Positions 31,068-44,900 of a stretch of 64,000 nt of DNA are shown piece by piece. The notes below the pieces were generated by a model, which was given only the letters and a program-made list of their open reading frames with translations, did not search any database and had not been told where the DNA came from. Every line of letters begins with the position of its first letter. The first letter of the stretch is position 1. The DNA is from the human T2T-CHM13v2.0 reference genome, Homo sapiens: assembly GCF_009914755.1 (NCBI RefSeq), contig NC_060947.1. The stretch is one strand, 5' to 3'. The translations under genes were made by a program, and so were the position numbers.

Positions 31068-34000
31068 TTTTAAATTTTTTTCATAAGTTATTGGGGTACA
31101 GGTGGTATTTGGTTACATGAGTAAGTTCTTTAGTGGTTATTTGTGAGATTTTGGTGCACCCGTCACCCGAGCAGTATACACTGCACCCTATTTGTAGTCT
31201 TTTATCCCTCACTCCTCTCCCACCCTTCCCCCAAAGACCCCAAAGTCCATTGTATCATTCTTATGCCTTTGCGTCCTCATAGTTTATCTCCCTCATATTA
31301 GTGAGAACATACAACGTTTGGTTTTCCATTCCTGAGTTACTTCACTTAGAATAATAGTCTCCAGTCTCTTCCAGGTCACTGCAAATGCCATTAATTCATT
31401 CTTTCTTATGGCTGTGTAGTATATATGATGGAATACTAATCATCCATAAGAAGGAATGAATTATATATAAATCATTGTGATATATATATATATCAGTTTC
31501 TTTATCCACTTGTTTATTGATGGGCATTTGGGTTGGTTCCACAACTTTGCAATTGCTAATTGTGCTGCTGTAAACACGCCTGTGCAAGGATCTTTTTCAT
31601 ATAATGACGTATTTTCCTCTGGGAAGATTCCCAGGAGTGGTATTGCTGGATCAAATGGTAGTTCTACTTTTAGTTTTCTAAGGTATCTCCACAATGTTTT
31701 CCATAGTGATTGTACTAGTTTACATTTCCACCAGTAGTGTAGAAGTGTTCCCTGATCACCACATCCAAGCCAACATTTATTGTTTTTTGATTTTTTGATT
31801 ATGGCCATTCTTGCAGGAGTAAGGGCATTTCCCTGATCATTAGTGATGTTGAGTATTTTTTCACATGTTTGTGGGCCAAGTTTATATCTTCTTTTGAGAA
31901 TTGTCTTCATGTCCTTAGCCTACTTTTTGATGGGATTGTTTGTTTTTTTCTTACTGATTTGTGTGACTTAATTGTAGATTCTGGATATTGGTCCCTTGTC
32001 AGATGTATAGATTGTGAAGATTTTCTTCCACTCTGTGGGTTGTCTGTTAACTCTATTGACTGTTTCTTTTCCTGTGAAAAAGCTCTTTCATTTAATTACA
32101 TCTCAATAATTTATATTTGTTTTTATTGCATTTGCTTCTGGGTTCTTGGTCATAAAATCCTTGCCTAAGCCAATGTCTACAAGGGTTTTTCCAATGTTAT
32201 CTTCCAGAATTTTTATAATTTCAGATATTAGATTTAAGTCCTTAATCCATCTTGAGTTGATTTTTGTATAAGGTGAGAGATGAGGATCCAGTTTCATTCT
32301 CCTGTAGGTGGCTACCCAATTATCCCAGCACCATTTGTTGAAAAGGGTGTCCTCAGAGAAGGGAACATCACACACCCGGGCCTGTCAGGGGGTGGGTGCC
32401 TGGGGGAGGGATAGCATTAGGAGAAATACCTAATGTAAATGATGAGTTGAGGGGAGCAGCAAACCAACATGGCATATGTATACCTATGTAACAAAACTGC
32501 ACGTTGTGCACATGTACCTCATAACTTAAAGTATAATAATAAAAAAAGAGAAAAGAGTGTCCTTTTCCCACATTATGTTTTGGTTTGCTTTGTGGAAGAA
32601 CAGTTGGCTGTAAGTATTTGGGGTTATTTCTGGGTTCCCTATTCTGTTCCATTGGTCTATGTGCCTAATTTTATACGAGGAGTACCATGCTGTTTTTGTG
32701 ACTACGGCTTACAGTATACTTTGAAATCAGGTAGTGTGATGCCTCCATATTGGTTATTTTTGCTTAGTCTTGCTTTCGCTATGAGGGCTCTTTTTTAGTT
32801 TTATATGAATTTTAGTATTGCTTTTTCCAATTCTGTGAAGAATGATGGTAATATTTTGATGGAGATTGCACTGAATTTGTAGATTGCTTTTGGCCGTATG
32901 GTCATTTTCACAATATTGATTCTACCCATCAATGAGCATGGGCTGTGTTTTCATTTGTTTGTGTCATCTATGATTTCTTTCAGCAGTGTTTTGTAGTTTT
33001 CCTTGTAGAGGTCTTTCACCTCCTTGGTTAGGTATATTTCTAAGTATTTTATTTTATTTTACTTGATTTTACTTACTGCATCTATTAAAAAATGAGTTGA
33101 GTTCTTGATTTGATTCTCTGGTTAGTCACTGTTGGTGTATAGAAGAGCTGTTGATTTGTGTACATTAATCTTGTATCTGGAAACTTTGCTGAATTATTTT
33201 ATCAGTTCTAGGAGCTTTCTGGAGGAGTCTTTAGGGTTTTTGAGGTAAATAGTCATACCGTCAGCAGTGACAGTTTGACTTTCTCCTTATCGATTTGGAT
33301 GACATTTATTTCTTTCTCTTGTCTGATTGTTCTGGCTAGGACTTCCCATATTACTTTGAAGAGGAGCAGTGAGAGTGGGCATCCTTGTCTTGTTCCAGTT
33401 CTCAAAAGAAATGCTTTCAACTTTTCCTCATTCATTAATATGTTGGCTGTGTGTTTGTCATAGATGGCTTTTATTACATTGAGGTATGTCCCTTATATGT
33501 TGATTTTGCTGAGAGTTTTAATCATAAATGGATGACGGATTTTGTCAAATACTTTTTCTGCATCTATTGAGATGACCATGTGATTTTTGTTTTTAATTCT
33601 GTTTGTGTGGTGTGTCACAATTATTGACTTGTGTATGTTAAACAATCCCTACATCCCTGGTATGAAACCCATTTGATAATGTTGGATTATCTTTTTGATA
33701 TGTTGTTGGATTCGGTGAGCTAGTATTTTGTTAAGGATTTTAGCATCTATGTTCATCAAGGATATTGGTCTGTAGTTTTCTTATTTGTCTATATCTTTTC
33801 CTGGTTTTGGTATTAGGGTAATGCTGGCTTCATAGAATGAATTAGGGAGTGTTCTCTTTTTCTCTATCTTGTGGAACAGTGTCACAAGGATTGTTACCAA
33901 TTCTTCTTTGAATGTCTATTAGAATTCTACTGTGAATCCTTCTGGTCTTTGACTTCTTTGTTGGTAATTCTTAAATTTCCATTTAAATCTCACTGCTTGT

Positions 34001-35266
34001 TATTGGTCTGTTCAGAGTATCTCTTTTTTCCTGATTTAAGCTAGGAGGGTGTTATTTTTTCCAGGAATTTATTCATCTCTTCTAGGTTTTTTTTAGTTTA
34101 TGCAAATAAAGGTGTTTATAGTAGCCTTGAATTATCTTTTGCATTTCAGTGGTGTCAGTTGTGATATCTCCCATTTTGTTTCTTAATGAGGTTATTTGGA
34201 TTTTCTCTCTTCTTTTCTTGGTTAATCTTGCTAATCATCTGTCAATCTTCTTTTTAAAAAATGAGCTTTTTGTTTCATTTATCCTTTGCTTTTTTGTTAT
34301 TGTTTAAATTTTATCTAGTTCTGCTCTGATCTTGGTTATTTCCTTTCTTCTGCTGGTCTTGGGTTTAATTTGTTCTTATTTCCCTAGTTCCTTTAGGTGT
34401 GACCTTAGAATATCAGTTGGTGCTCTTTCAGTTTTTTTGATGTGGGTGTTTAGGGCTATGAACTTTCCTCTGAGTATCGCCCTTGTTGTATCCCAGAGGT
34501 TTTGATAGATTGTGTCATTATTGTCCTTCAGTTCGAAGAATTTTTAAATTTTCATCTTGATATCATTTTCGACCCAATGCTCATTCAGTAGCAGCTTATT
34601 TAATTTCTGTACATTTGCATGGTTTTGAAGGTTCCAGTTTTATTCCACTGTGGTCTGAGACAGTGCTCCATATTATTTCAGTTTTCTTAAATTTATTGAG
34701 GCTCATTTTATGGCCTATCATATGGTCTATCTTGGAGAAAGTTTCATGCACTGTTGAATAGAATGTGTATTCTGCAGTTGTTGGATGGAATGTTCCTTAT
34801 ATATATGTTAAGTCCATTTGTTCCGAAGTATAGTTTAAAACCATTAGTTGTTTGATGACTTTCTGTCTTGAATCCTGTCTAGTGCTGTCAGTGGAGTATT
34901 GAAGTCCCGCACTATTATTGTGTTGCTGTCTATCTCATTTCTTAGTTCTAGTAGTAATAGTTTTATAAATCTGGGAGCACCAGTGTTGGGGGCATATATG
35001 TTTAGGATTATGATAGTTTCCTGCTGGACAAGGTCTTTTACCACTACATAATGTTTCTCTTCATCTCTTTTAACTGCTGTTGTTTTAAAGTTTGTTTTGT
35101 CTGATATAAGAATACCTACCCTTACTCAGTTTTGGTGTCCATTTGCATGAAATGCCTTTTTCCACCCCTTTACTTTAAGTTTATGTGAGTCTTTACCTTT
35201 TATGTGAGTCTCCTCAAAGCAGCAGATAGTGGATTGGTCAGTTCTTATTCATTCTGCAGTTCTGTA
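31068..35266 (-). mobile_element. 5'-truncated L1PB (L1PB1-like)
   Basis: 3' end ggggtacaggtggtatttggttacatgagtaagttctttagtgg; ORF2 remnants up to the EN domain (IILNIYAPNTGAPRFIK..DFNTPLTALDR); TSD gaa(t/g)ata(c/a)agtcttt at 30692-30706 and 35267-35281. Confidence 0.92.
32354..32549 (+). mobile_element. Short L1PA 3' end inserted in L1PB
   Basis: gggaacatcacacacc...taaagtataataataaaaaaa; TSD gaaaag(g/a)gtgtcct at 32340-32353 and 32550-32563. Confidence 0.92.
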
Positions 35267-35704
35267 GAAGATAAAGTCTTTAAAGAAGTGATTAAGTTAC
35301 ATAGGTTATTAAGGTGGACCCTAATCCAAAGTAACTGATGTCCTTGTAGAAGAGGAAATTAGGACACTGACAGGTACAGAATAAAGACCATGTAATCACA
35401 CAGAAAGAAGACAGTCATCTACAAACGAAGGAGATAGGCCTCAAAATAAACCAATTCTGCTGATACCCAGATATTAGACTGCCAGCTTCCACAACACCAT
35501 GAGCCAATTCATTAAAATAAATTTATGTTTTTTAGGCCACCCCATCTGTGATACTTTGTTAAAGCCACTCTAGCGATCTAACAAACAGAAGCTATTTAAG
35601 GTCATGGCTATTCTTGCAATAAGGGAGCTGATAAGACATATTTTTAAATGTCTCAAAGATTTTTATTTTTTAAGTCCTCACAAAACATGTTGTTTTGTTT
35701 GTAT

Positions 35705-36296
35705 TGAGGTGAGATTGGTAGGCAAGGAAGTGACCATGTTGTCAGGACGCAGCAACCTGTGTGACCCACTGTCAACACAAGAAGCCTCAGCTTTGGCATT
35801 GCAGTCAAGCTCATTCAAGAAAAGCTGTCTCTAGTAGGGAAGTTCTCCTGTGGAGAGCAGGCACATTTTGATTTTACCTGTCCTCAGACTGACGCTTTGC
35901 TCTTACAATAGTAAAAATTACATCCCTGGATAGAGATCTAAGATGCTAATGAGACATGTGTTGTATAAACAAGCATGACAGCTACTGTGTATGTGCAGCC
36001 AAAGGTCGCCCATAATATGCTTACTATAAATACCCTTTTCTACCCCTTTTGAAAAATCATGTTAGACTTCCATAAAGGGAATGTCCCTAGTGCCAGTCTT
36101 TCTTAGCTCATCCTCATGAGCAGCCCACTCTGAATCATCTCTCAGTTTTTCTGACTATTCTGCGACTAAATTTCAGAATATTCTTTCTCTTTTGCAATAA
36201 ATTTTTCTATACTGCATCTCCTTTGCTGTATGTATCTTGCTTAAATTCTTTTAAACTAAGAAGACCAGAACAAAGGTTTCACAACAACCATCAACA
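35705..36296 (+). mobile_element. 5' LTR of an ERV1-class provirus (family not assigned)
   Basis: TG...CA, 592 nt, homologous end-to-end with 49073-49666; AATAAA in the R region; followed by tttctg(a/g)tgctg PBS start. Confidence 0.92.
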
Positions 36297-36309
36297 TTTC
36301 TGATGCTGC

Positions 36310-38701
36310 CATCAAAAAGCTTATCCACCAAGATCAAGTTGGCTTCATCTCTGGGATGCAAGGCTCGTTCAACATATGCAAATCAATAAACATAACCCAT
36401 CACATAAACAGAACCAGAGACAAAAACCACATGATTATCTCAATAGATGCAGAAAAGGCCTTTGACAAAATTCAACAACCCTTCATGCTAAAAACTCTCA
36501 ATAAACTAGGTATTGATGAAATGTATCTCAAAATAATAAGATCTATTTATGACAAACCCACAGCCAATATCATACTGAACAGGCAAAAACTTGAAGCATT
36601 CCCTTTAAAAACCAGCACAAGACAAGCATGCCCTCTCTCACCACTCCTATTCAACATAGTGTTGGAAGTTCTGGCCAGGGAAATCAAGCAAGAGAAAGAA
36701 ATGAAGGGTATTCAATTAGGAAAAGAGGAAGTCAAATTGTCCCTGTTTGTGGATTACATGATTGTATATTTAGAAAACCCCATCATCTCAGCCCAAAATC
36801 TCCTTAAGCTGATAAGCAACTTCAGCAAAGTCTCAGGATACAAAATCAATGTGCAAAAATCACAAGCATTCCTATACACCAATAACAGACAAACAGAGAG
36901 CCAAATCATGAGTGAACTCCCATTCACAACTGCTACAAAGAGAATAAAACACCTAGGTATCCAACTTACAAGGGATGCAAAGGACCTGTTCAAGGAGAAC
37001 TACAAACCACTGCTCAACAAAATAAAAGAAGACACAAACAAATGGAAGAACATTCCATACTCATGGATACGAATAATCAATATTGTGAAAATGGCCATAC
37101 TGCCCAAGGTAATTTATAGATTCAATGATATACCCATCAAGCTACCAATGACTTTCTTCACAGAATTGGAAAAAACTACTTTATAGTTCATATGGAACCA
37201 AAAAAGAGCCTGCATTGCCAAGACAATCCTAAGCCAAAAGAACAAAGCTGGAGGCATCATGCAACCTGACTTCAAACTATGCTACAAGGCTACAGTAACC
37301 AAAACAGCATGGTACTACTACCAAAACAGAGATATAGACCAATGGAACAGAACAGAGGCCTCAGAAATAACACCACATATCTACAACCATCTGATCGTTG
37401 ACAAACCTGATAAAAACAAGAAATGGGGAAATGATTCTGTATTTAATAAATGGTGCTGGGAAAACTGGCTAGCCTTATGTAGAAAGCTGAAACTGGATCC
37501 CTTCCTTAGACCTGATACAAAAGTTAATTCAAGATGGATTAAAGACTTAAATGCTAGCCATAAAATCATAAAAACTTTAGAAGAAAACTTAGGCAATACC
37601 ATTCAGGACATAGGCATGGGCAAGGACTTCATGCCCAAAACACCAAAAGCAATGACAACAAAAGCCAAAATTGACAAATGGGATCTAATTAAACTAAAGA
37701 GCTTCTGCAAAGCAAAAGAAACTACCATCACAGTGAACAGGCAACCTACAGAATGGGAGAAAATTGTTGTAATCTACTCATCTGACAAAGGGCTAATATC
37801 CAGAATCTACAAAGGACTTAAACAAATTTACAAGAAAAAAACAAACAACCCCACCAAAAAGTGGGTAAATGATATGAACAAACACTTCTCAAAAGAAGAC
37901 ATTTATGCAGCCAACAGACACATGAAAAAAATGCTCATGATCACTGATCATTAGAGAAATGCAAATCAAAATGACAATGAGATACCATCTCACTCCAGTT
38001 AGAATGGCGATCATTAAAGTCAGGAAACAACAGATGCTGAGAAGGATGTGGAGAAATGGGAACGCTTTTACACTGTTGGTGGGAGTGTAAATTAGTTCAA
38101 CCATTGTGGAAGTCAGTGTGGCAATTCCTCAAGGATCTAGAACTAGAAATAGCATTTAACCCAGCAACCCCATTATTGGTTATATAATCCGAAGGATTAT
38201 AAATCATGCTATTGTAAAGACACATGTGCACATATGTTTATTGCGGCACTATTCACAAATTCACAATAGCAAAGACTTGGAACCAATCCAAATGTCCATC
38301 AATGATAGACTGGATTAAGAAAACGTGGCACATATACACTATGGAATACTAAGCAGTCATAATAAAAAGGATGAGTTCATGTCCTTTGCATGGTCATGGA
38401 TGAAGCTGGAAACCATCATTCTCAGCAAACTATCACAAGGACAGAAAATCAAACACTGCATGTTCTCACTCCTAGGTGCAAATCGAACAATGAGAACACT
38501 TAGACACAAGGCGGGGAACATCACACACTGGGGCCTCTCAGGGGGTGGGGAGCTGGGGGAGGGAGAGCATTAGAAGAAATACCTAATGTAAATGATGAGA
38601 TGATAGGTGCAGCAAACCAACATGGCACATGTACACCTATGTATCAAACCTGCACATTGTGCACATGTACCCTAGAATTAAAGTATAATAATAATTTTAA
38701 A
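36310..38701 (+). mobile_element. 5'-truncated L1PA (L1PA6-like) inserted at the LTR/PBS junction
   Basis: RT-domain ORFs 36356-37186 and 37259-37954 separated by a TAG; FADD reads FVDY; TSD atttctg(a/g)tgctgc at 36296-36309 and 38704-38717. Confidence 0.95.
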
Positions 38702-39292
38702 AAATTTCTGGTGCTGCAAATTGGAGAGAGGTTTGTCTGCTTCATTTGGTTCAGTTTCCTTTCAGCCAAGTTGAGAAATATGGCAGTCCCAGACTACCTA
38801 GTGAACTATAATTGCTTTGCCAAGTGCTATTTTTTTATGGCTCTGGGAGAGGGGAGACATTTTTAAATCACTCATGTTCTTTGAGCAAGGAATTGTGATT
38901 GCTTTCCATTTGGCTGATGCTTTTGCAATGTTAACAATTACCTTTTTCGGATGGAATGCCCTGATTACTCAGCCTTTGGACTCTTACGCTGTTTTTGTGT
39001 CACCTTTTGTTTTGCGGTCCTTCCGAGGATCTCAACTGAATAGCACTTATTAGGTATTATAACTTGTTTGTTATTTAAGTAATCTCTTCAAAGATTTTTG
39101 TTTATCTTGAGGGACACATTAAATCTAATTTGCCAAAAATGTCTCATCCTTGAAGATCTATGTGCTTTTAGACTTTTTCAGGAGACTTTCCAAGTGGCCA
39201 TTCACGTTGAGTACAAGATGCTTGGCCACATGGATCCCCATCATGGAAACTACACCCAATCATTATAATTGGACATCAAAAATGGCACATTG

Positions 39293-41920
39293 GGTGGAAA
39301 ACAGTGGATAGAAGGCAGCACTAACTTGTAGCTTTGACTCAGAAGGACAGAACAGTCTGTGGATACTCACATTATGAACTTTTGCTCCAAGAACTACCAC
39401 AGGAACATACCAAAATAACGAAAATATTTCACAGACCCTTTGAAAGAAGCAACTTGCTGCTGCAAACATCGAGAGACAGCCAAAAAACTGTGAGTGCCCA
39501 AAGTGTGAGAGGGGAAAAGTCCACCTCCAAACACACATTCTCACTAGGGAGCCTGAAAATCCAGATCATGGGAGAAGGATTTAACCTTACCTAGAGCTGA
39601 AACAAATTTAAAAAGTCAAGTTAAATATAAACATAGAAGAAGTGGAAAGAGCTCTGTAGGCACTCCCGGCCCCCAAGAAAGCCCAGGGAGTCCATTTTTG
39701 ACTTTATCTCACAGGGTTCCTTGGGGAGGGCTGCCAGTGGAACTGGGGAAAGACCACAGGGAGTAGAAAACTTCCAGCTAAACTTTGTAATAATTTTGAC
39801 TAAGCATGAATTTTCTAGGGTAGAGTCTAGGGGTGGGAGGAGAACAGGAAGTGCAGGTATGAGCACAGAAGCTGTGGTGGGCAGGAGCAAAGCCTGAAAG
39901 CCCTACTTGCTTTCTCAGAGGAGAGGCTTGTAACCTGGGGCAAGTTCCCATCCCTGCTCACCAGCTGCCTGGATATAGACTTGGTGTTGTTTGGGGAGTA
40001 CGATGGAAATGAGACTGGCCTTTCCAGCTGCATGAGAGCTGTGTGAGGCCTGTCACTGCTGGCTTTTTCCTACTTTCCTGGTAACCTGTATGATGCAGCA
40101 GAGGCAGCCATAATCCACCTGGGAACATAACTCCATGGGCCTGAGAAACACAGCCCCATCTCCCACAGTGGATGCTGCAAGCCCTGCCCAAGAAGAGTCT
40201 GAGCTCCGACGCACCTAAGCCTGCCCCCAACCTGATGGTCTTTCTCTACTTACCCTAGTAGCTGAAAACAAAATACATAATCTCTTGAAAGCTCTATGGC
40301 CCCACCCACTACCTGAGAAACCTGAGTACTTATCCAGGTGACCCTATGGCAAGTTTGTATCTTCCCTATACTACCACAGCTGATGCTCTCTTGAAAGCGA
40401 CACATCCGGGCTGGAGGCCAACCAACATAAACCATTACAGAAACTCATAAAAGAACAACCCTGCCCTAAGAAATGAGAAAACAACAGCTAACTTCACTGC
40501 CTGTAGCATCCTGCAACCAGAGGTCCTAAGTCCTTCCACATGACAACTTTACCGCCAGCACAACCAGCGTTTGAGAAAACCAGTGCACTAAACAGCACTA
40601 CAGCCAAGGTCCCAAACAGAGTCCACCTCACTCCCCTGCTACCTCCACTGGACCAGGTGCTGGAATCCATGGCTTAGAGACCTGAAGATAGATCACATCA
40701 CAGGACTCTTTGCAGACACTCCTCCATATCAGCCTGGAGCCCAGTAGCTCTGCTGGGCAGCTAAACCAAGAAAAGAAATAAGAATCACTGCAATCCAGCT
40801 CTTAGGAAGCCAAATCTCTAGGGGAAGGGGAAAAGCAGCACATCAAGGGAGCACCTGATGGGACAAAAAGAATCTAAATGACAGTGCTTGAGCCCCAGAT
40901 ATTTCCTCTGACATAGTCTACCCAAATGAGAAGGAGCCAGAAAAACAATTCTGGCAATATGACCAAACAAGTTTCTTTCACACCCCCAGAAGATCACACT
41001 AGCTCACCAGCAATAGATCTGAACCAAGAAATCTCTGAATTGCCAGAAAAGAATTCAGAAGTTTGATTATTAAGCTACTCAATGAGTCACCACAGAAAGG
41101 TGAATACCAACTTAAAGAGATCAAAAACATGATACAGGATATGAAAGCAGTATTCTTCAGTGAAATAAATAGCATAAATAAAAAACAATCACAACTTCTG
41201 GAAATGAAGGACACACTTAGAGAAATGCAAAATACACTGAAAAGACTCCACAATAGAATCACACAAGTAGAACAAAGAACCTCAGAGCTTGAAGACAAAG
41301 CCTTTCAAATTAATCCAATCTGACAAAGACAAAAAAAAAAGAATAAAAAAATAAACCAAATTCTCCAAGAAGTTTTGGGTTATGTTAAATGACAAAACCT
41401 AAGAATAATTGGTGTTCCCAAGGAAGAAGAGAAATCTAAAAGTTTGGAAACGTATTTGAGGAAATAGTCTAGGAAAACTTTCCTGGCCTTGCTAGAAATT
41501 CAGGCATCCAAAAACAAGAAGCTTTAAGAACACCTGGGAAACTCATCACAAAAAGATCATCGCCTAGGCACCTAGTCATTAGGTTATCTAAAGTCAAGAT
41601 AAAGGAAAGAATCTTAAGAACTGTGAGGCAAAAACATCAAGTAACCTATAAAGGAAAACCTATCAGATTAATAGCAAATTTCTCTGCAGAAATCTACAAG
41701 CTAGAAGGAATTCAAGTCCTTTTTTAGCTTCCTTAAATAAAACAATTATTAGACAAGAATTTTGTATCCATTGAAACTAAGCTTCATAAAAATGAAAGAT
41801 ACAGTCTTTTTCAGACAAACAAATGCTGAAAGAATTCACCAATACAAAGTCAGCACTACAAGAACTGGTACTGGTATAAAAACAGGCATATGAACCAATG
41901 GAACAGAACAGACAACTAGA
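39293..41920 (+). mobile_element. L1PB 5' part: long (unspliced) 5'UTR, broken ORF1, short ORF2 scrap
   Basis: L1PBa-type start ggatagaaggcagcactaacttgtagct; ORF1 ATG near 40926 (MRRSQKNNSGNMTKQ); jump to late-ORF2 sequence near 41867. Confidence 0.85.
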
Positions 41921-44900
41921 TCATGACAAAAATGGTGGATAGGAGGCAGGAATAAATTGCAGCTCCCACTTGGATGGACAGAGCAGCACGTGGAGACTTG
42001 CATTGTAAACTTCTGCTCAAAGAACTACTGCAAGAAAATACCACAAAGGCTGAGATAATTCACAGACCCTTTTAAGGAAGCAGATTGCTCCTGCAGGACC
42101 TGAGAGACAGCCCAAATACTGTGCTGGTATCCACAGCTGAAAGACCTGAACAGTTCACAGCACAGGACAATGTGCAGACACCCCACAGTACCAGCTCAGA
42201 ACCTGGTAGCTCTGCTGGGTGGCTAGATCCAGAAGAGAAATAACAACCACTTCAGTTTGGCTCTCAGGAAACTCCATCCATAGGGAAAAGAGGAGAGCAC
42301 CACATCAAGCGACCACCTTGTGGGAAAAAAAAAGATCTGAACAGCAGCCCTGGAGTCCCAGATCTTCTCTCTGACATAGTCTACCCAAATGAGAAGGAAT
42401 CAGAAAAACAGTTCTGGTTATATGATAAAACAAGGTTCTTTAACACCCTCAAAAGAGTACACTAGCTCACCAGCAATGGCTCCAAACCAAGACAAAATCT
42501 CTGAATTGTTTTATTTAGAGAGGCTGAAGATGGGGCCCCAATCCCTTCTAGCTTGGAGGGTTTCTGCTGCTAAGAAATCTGCTGTTAATCTGATAGCTTT
42601 TCCTTGATGGATTACCTCATGCTTTTGCCTCACAGCCCTGTTTTCAGACTTCTTAAACAAAACAATTATCATCCAAGAATTTTGTATCCAGTGAAACTAA
42701 GCTTCATAAATGAAGGAAAGATACAATTTTTTTTCAGACAAACATATGCTGGGAGAATTCACCAATACCAAGCCAGCACTGTAAGAACTGCTAAAAGGAG
42801 CTCTAAATCTTGAAACAAATCCTGAAAAGAAATATCAAAACAGAACCTCTTTAAACCATGAATCTCACAGGACCTACAAAACAAAAATACAATAAATAAA
42901 GGTATTCAGACAACAGATAGCACAATGAATGGAATAGTAACTCATATCTCAATATGAATATTGAATGTAAATATCCTAAATGCTCCACTCTAAAGATACA
43001 GAATTGATAAGAATTCACCACCCAAGTGTCTGCTGCCTTGAAGATACTCATCTAACACATAAGAACTCACAGAAACTTAAGGTAAAGGGGTGGAAAAAGA
43101 AATTCCATGCAAATGGACACCAAAAGTGAGCAGGGGTAGCTATTCTTATATCAGACAAGAGAAACTTTAAAGCAACAGCAGTTTAAAAAGGCAAAGAGGA
43201 ACATTATACAATGATAAAAGGCCTTGTCCAAGAGGAAAATATAACACATAACCCTGGAGCTCCAAAATTTAGAAAACAATTACTACTAGAACTAAGAAAT
43301 GAGGTAGAGAGCAACACAATAATAATAATGGGGACTTCAATACTCCACTGAAAGCACTAAACAGGTCATCAAGACATAAAGTCAACAAAGAAACAATGAA
43401 CTTAAACTATACCCTAGAACAAGTGGACTTAACAGATATTTACAGAAATTTCCATCAAAATACCATCATCATTCTTCACAGAACTAAGAAAGACAATCCT
43501 AAGATTCATATGGAACCAAAGAAGAGCCTGCATAGCCAAAGCAAGACTAAGCAGAAAGAACAAATCTGGAGGCATCACATTACTTGACTTAAAACTATAC
43601 TATAAGGCCATAGTCACCAAAACATCATGGTACTAGCATACAAATAGGCATACAGACCAATAGAACAGAATAGAGAATCTAGAAATGAACGCTAAAACTT
43701 ATAGCCAAAGGATCTTTGACAAAGCAAACAAAAACATAAAGTAGGGAGAGGACACCCTATTTAACACATGGTGCAGAGATAATGGCAAGCTACCTGTAGG
43801 AGAATAAATCTGGATCCTCATCTCTCACCTTATACAAAAATCAACTCAAGGTGGATTAAGAACTTAAATCTAGGACCTGAAAATATATAAATTCTAGGAG
43901 ATAACATCAAAAAGCCCTTCTAAATATTGGTTTAGGGAAAGATTTCATGAACAAGAACCCAAAAGCAAATGCAATAAAAAAAAAGATAAATAGGTGGGGC
44001 TTAATTAAACTAAAGACCTTCTGCACAGTAAAAGGAACAGTCAGCAGAGAAAACAGACAACCCACAGAGTGGGAGAAAATCTTCACAATCTATACATCTG
44101 ACAAAGGACTAATATCCAGAATCTACAAGGAACTCAAACAAATTAGCAAGGAAAAAAAAAGATCCCATCAAAAAGTGGGCAAAGTAAATGAATAGACAGT
44201 TCTCAAAAGAATATATCTAAATGCCCAACAAACATATTAAAAATGCTCAACACCACTAAAGATCAGGGAAATGCAAATCAAAACCACAATATGATACCAC
44301 CTTACTCCTGCAAAAATGACCATAATAAAAAAATAGATATTGACATGGATATTGTGAAATAGGAACACTTCTACACTGTTGGTGGTAATGTAAACTACTA
44401 CAACCACTGTGAAAAGCAGTGTGGAGATTCCTTAAAGAGCTAAAAATAGAACTACCATTTGACCCACCAATCCCACTACTGGGTATATACCCAGAGGAAA
44501 GGAAGTCATTTTACGAAATAGATCCTTGCACATGCAGGTTTATAACCAGCACAACTCGTAATTGCAAAAATATGGAAACAGCCCAAATGCCCATCAATCA
44601 ATTAGTGGATAAAGAAAATGGGGTATGTATACACCATGGAATACTACTCAGCCATAAATATGGACAAAATAATGGCATTCGCGGCAACCTGGATGGAATT
44701 GGAGACCATTATTCTAAGTAACATAACTCAGGAATTGAAAACCAAACATTGTATGTTCTCACCCATAAGTGGGATTTAAGCTATGATGATGCAAAGGCAT
44801 AAGAATAATATAATGGACTTTGAGGACTTGGGAAGTGTGGGAGGGGAGTGAGGGATAAAAGACTACACATTGGGTACAGTGTACATTGCTCGAGTAATGG

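Larger units (their letters stand above)
30614..35585 (+). mobile_element. MLT1B-like MaLR LTR split in two (30614-30706 and 35267-35585)
   Basis: cccagtacctcagaatgtgattgtatttg continues as tctttaaagaagtgattaagtt...ggaccctaatccaa...agaggaaattaggacac after a 4.56-kb insertion. Confidence 0.85.

Noticed and set aside
36356-37954. 276-aa and 231-aa reverse-transcriptase-like ORFs as a functional gene
   Set aside because: 5'-truncated L1 ORF2 with an in-frame stop and the catalytic FADD changed to FVDY.
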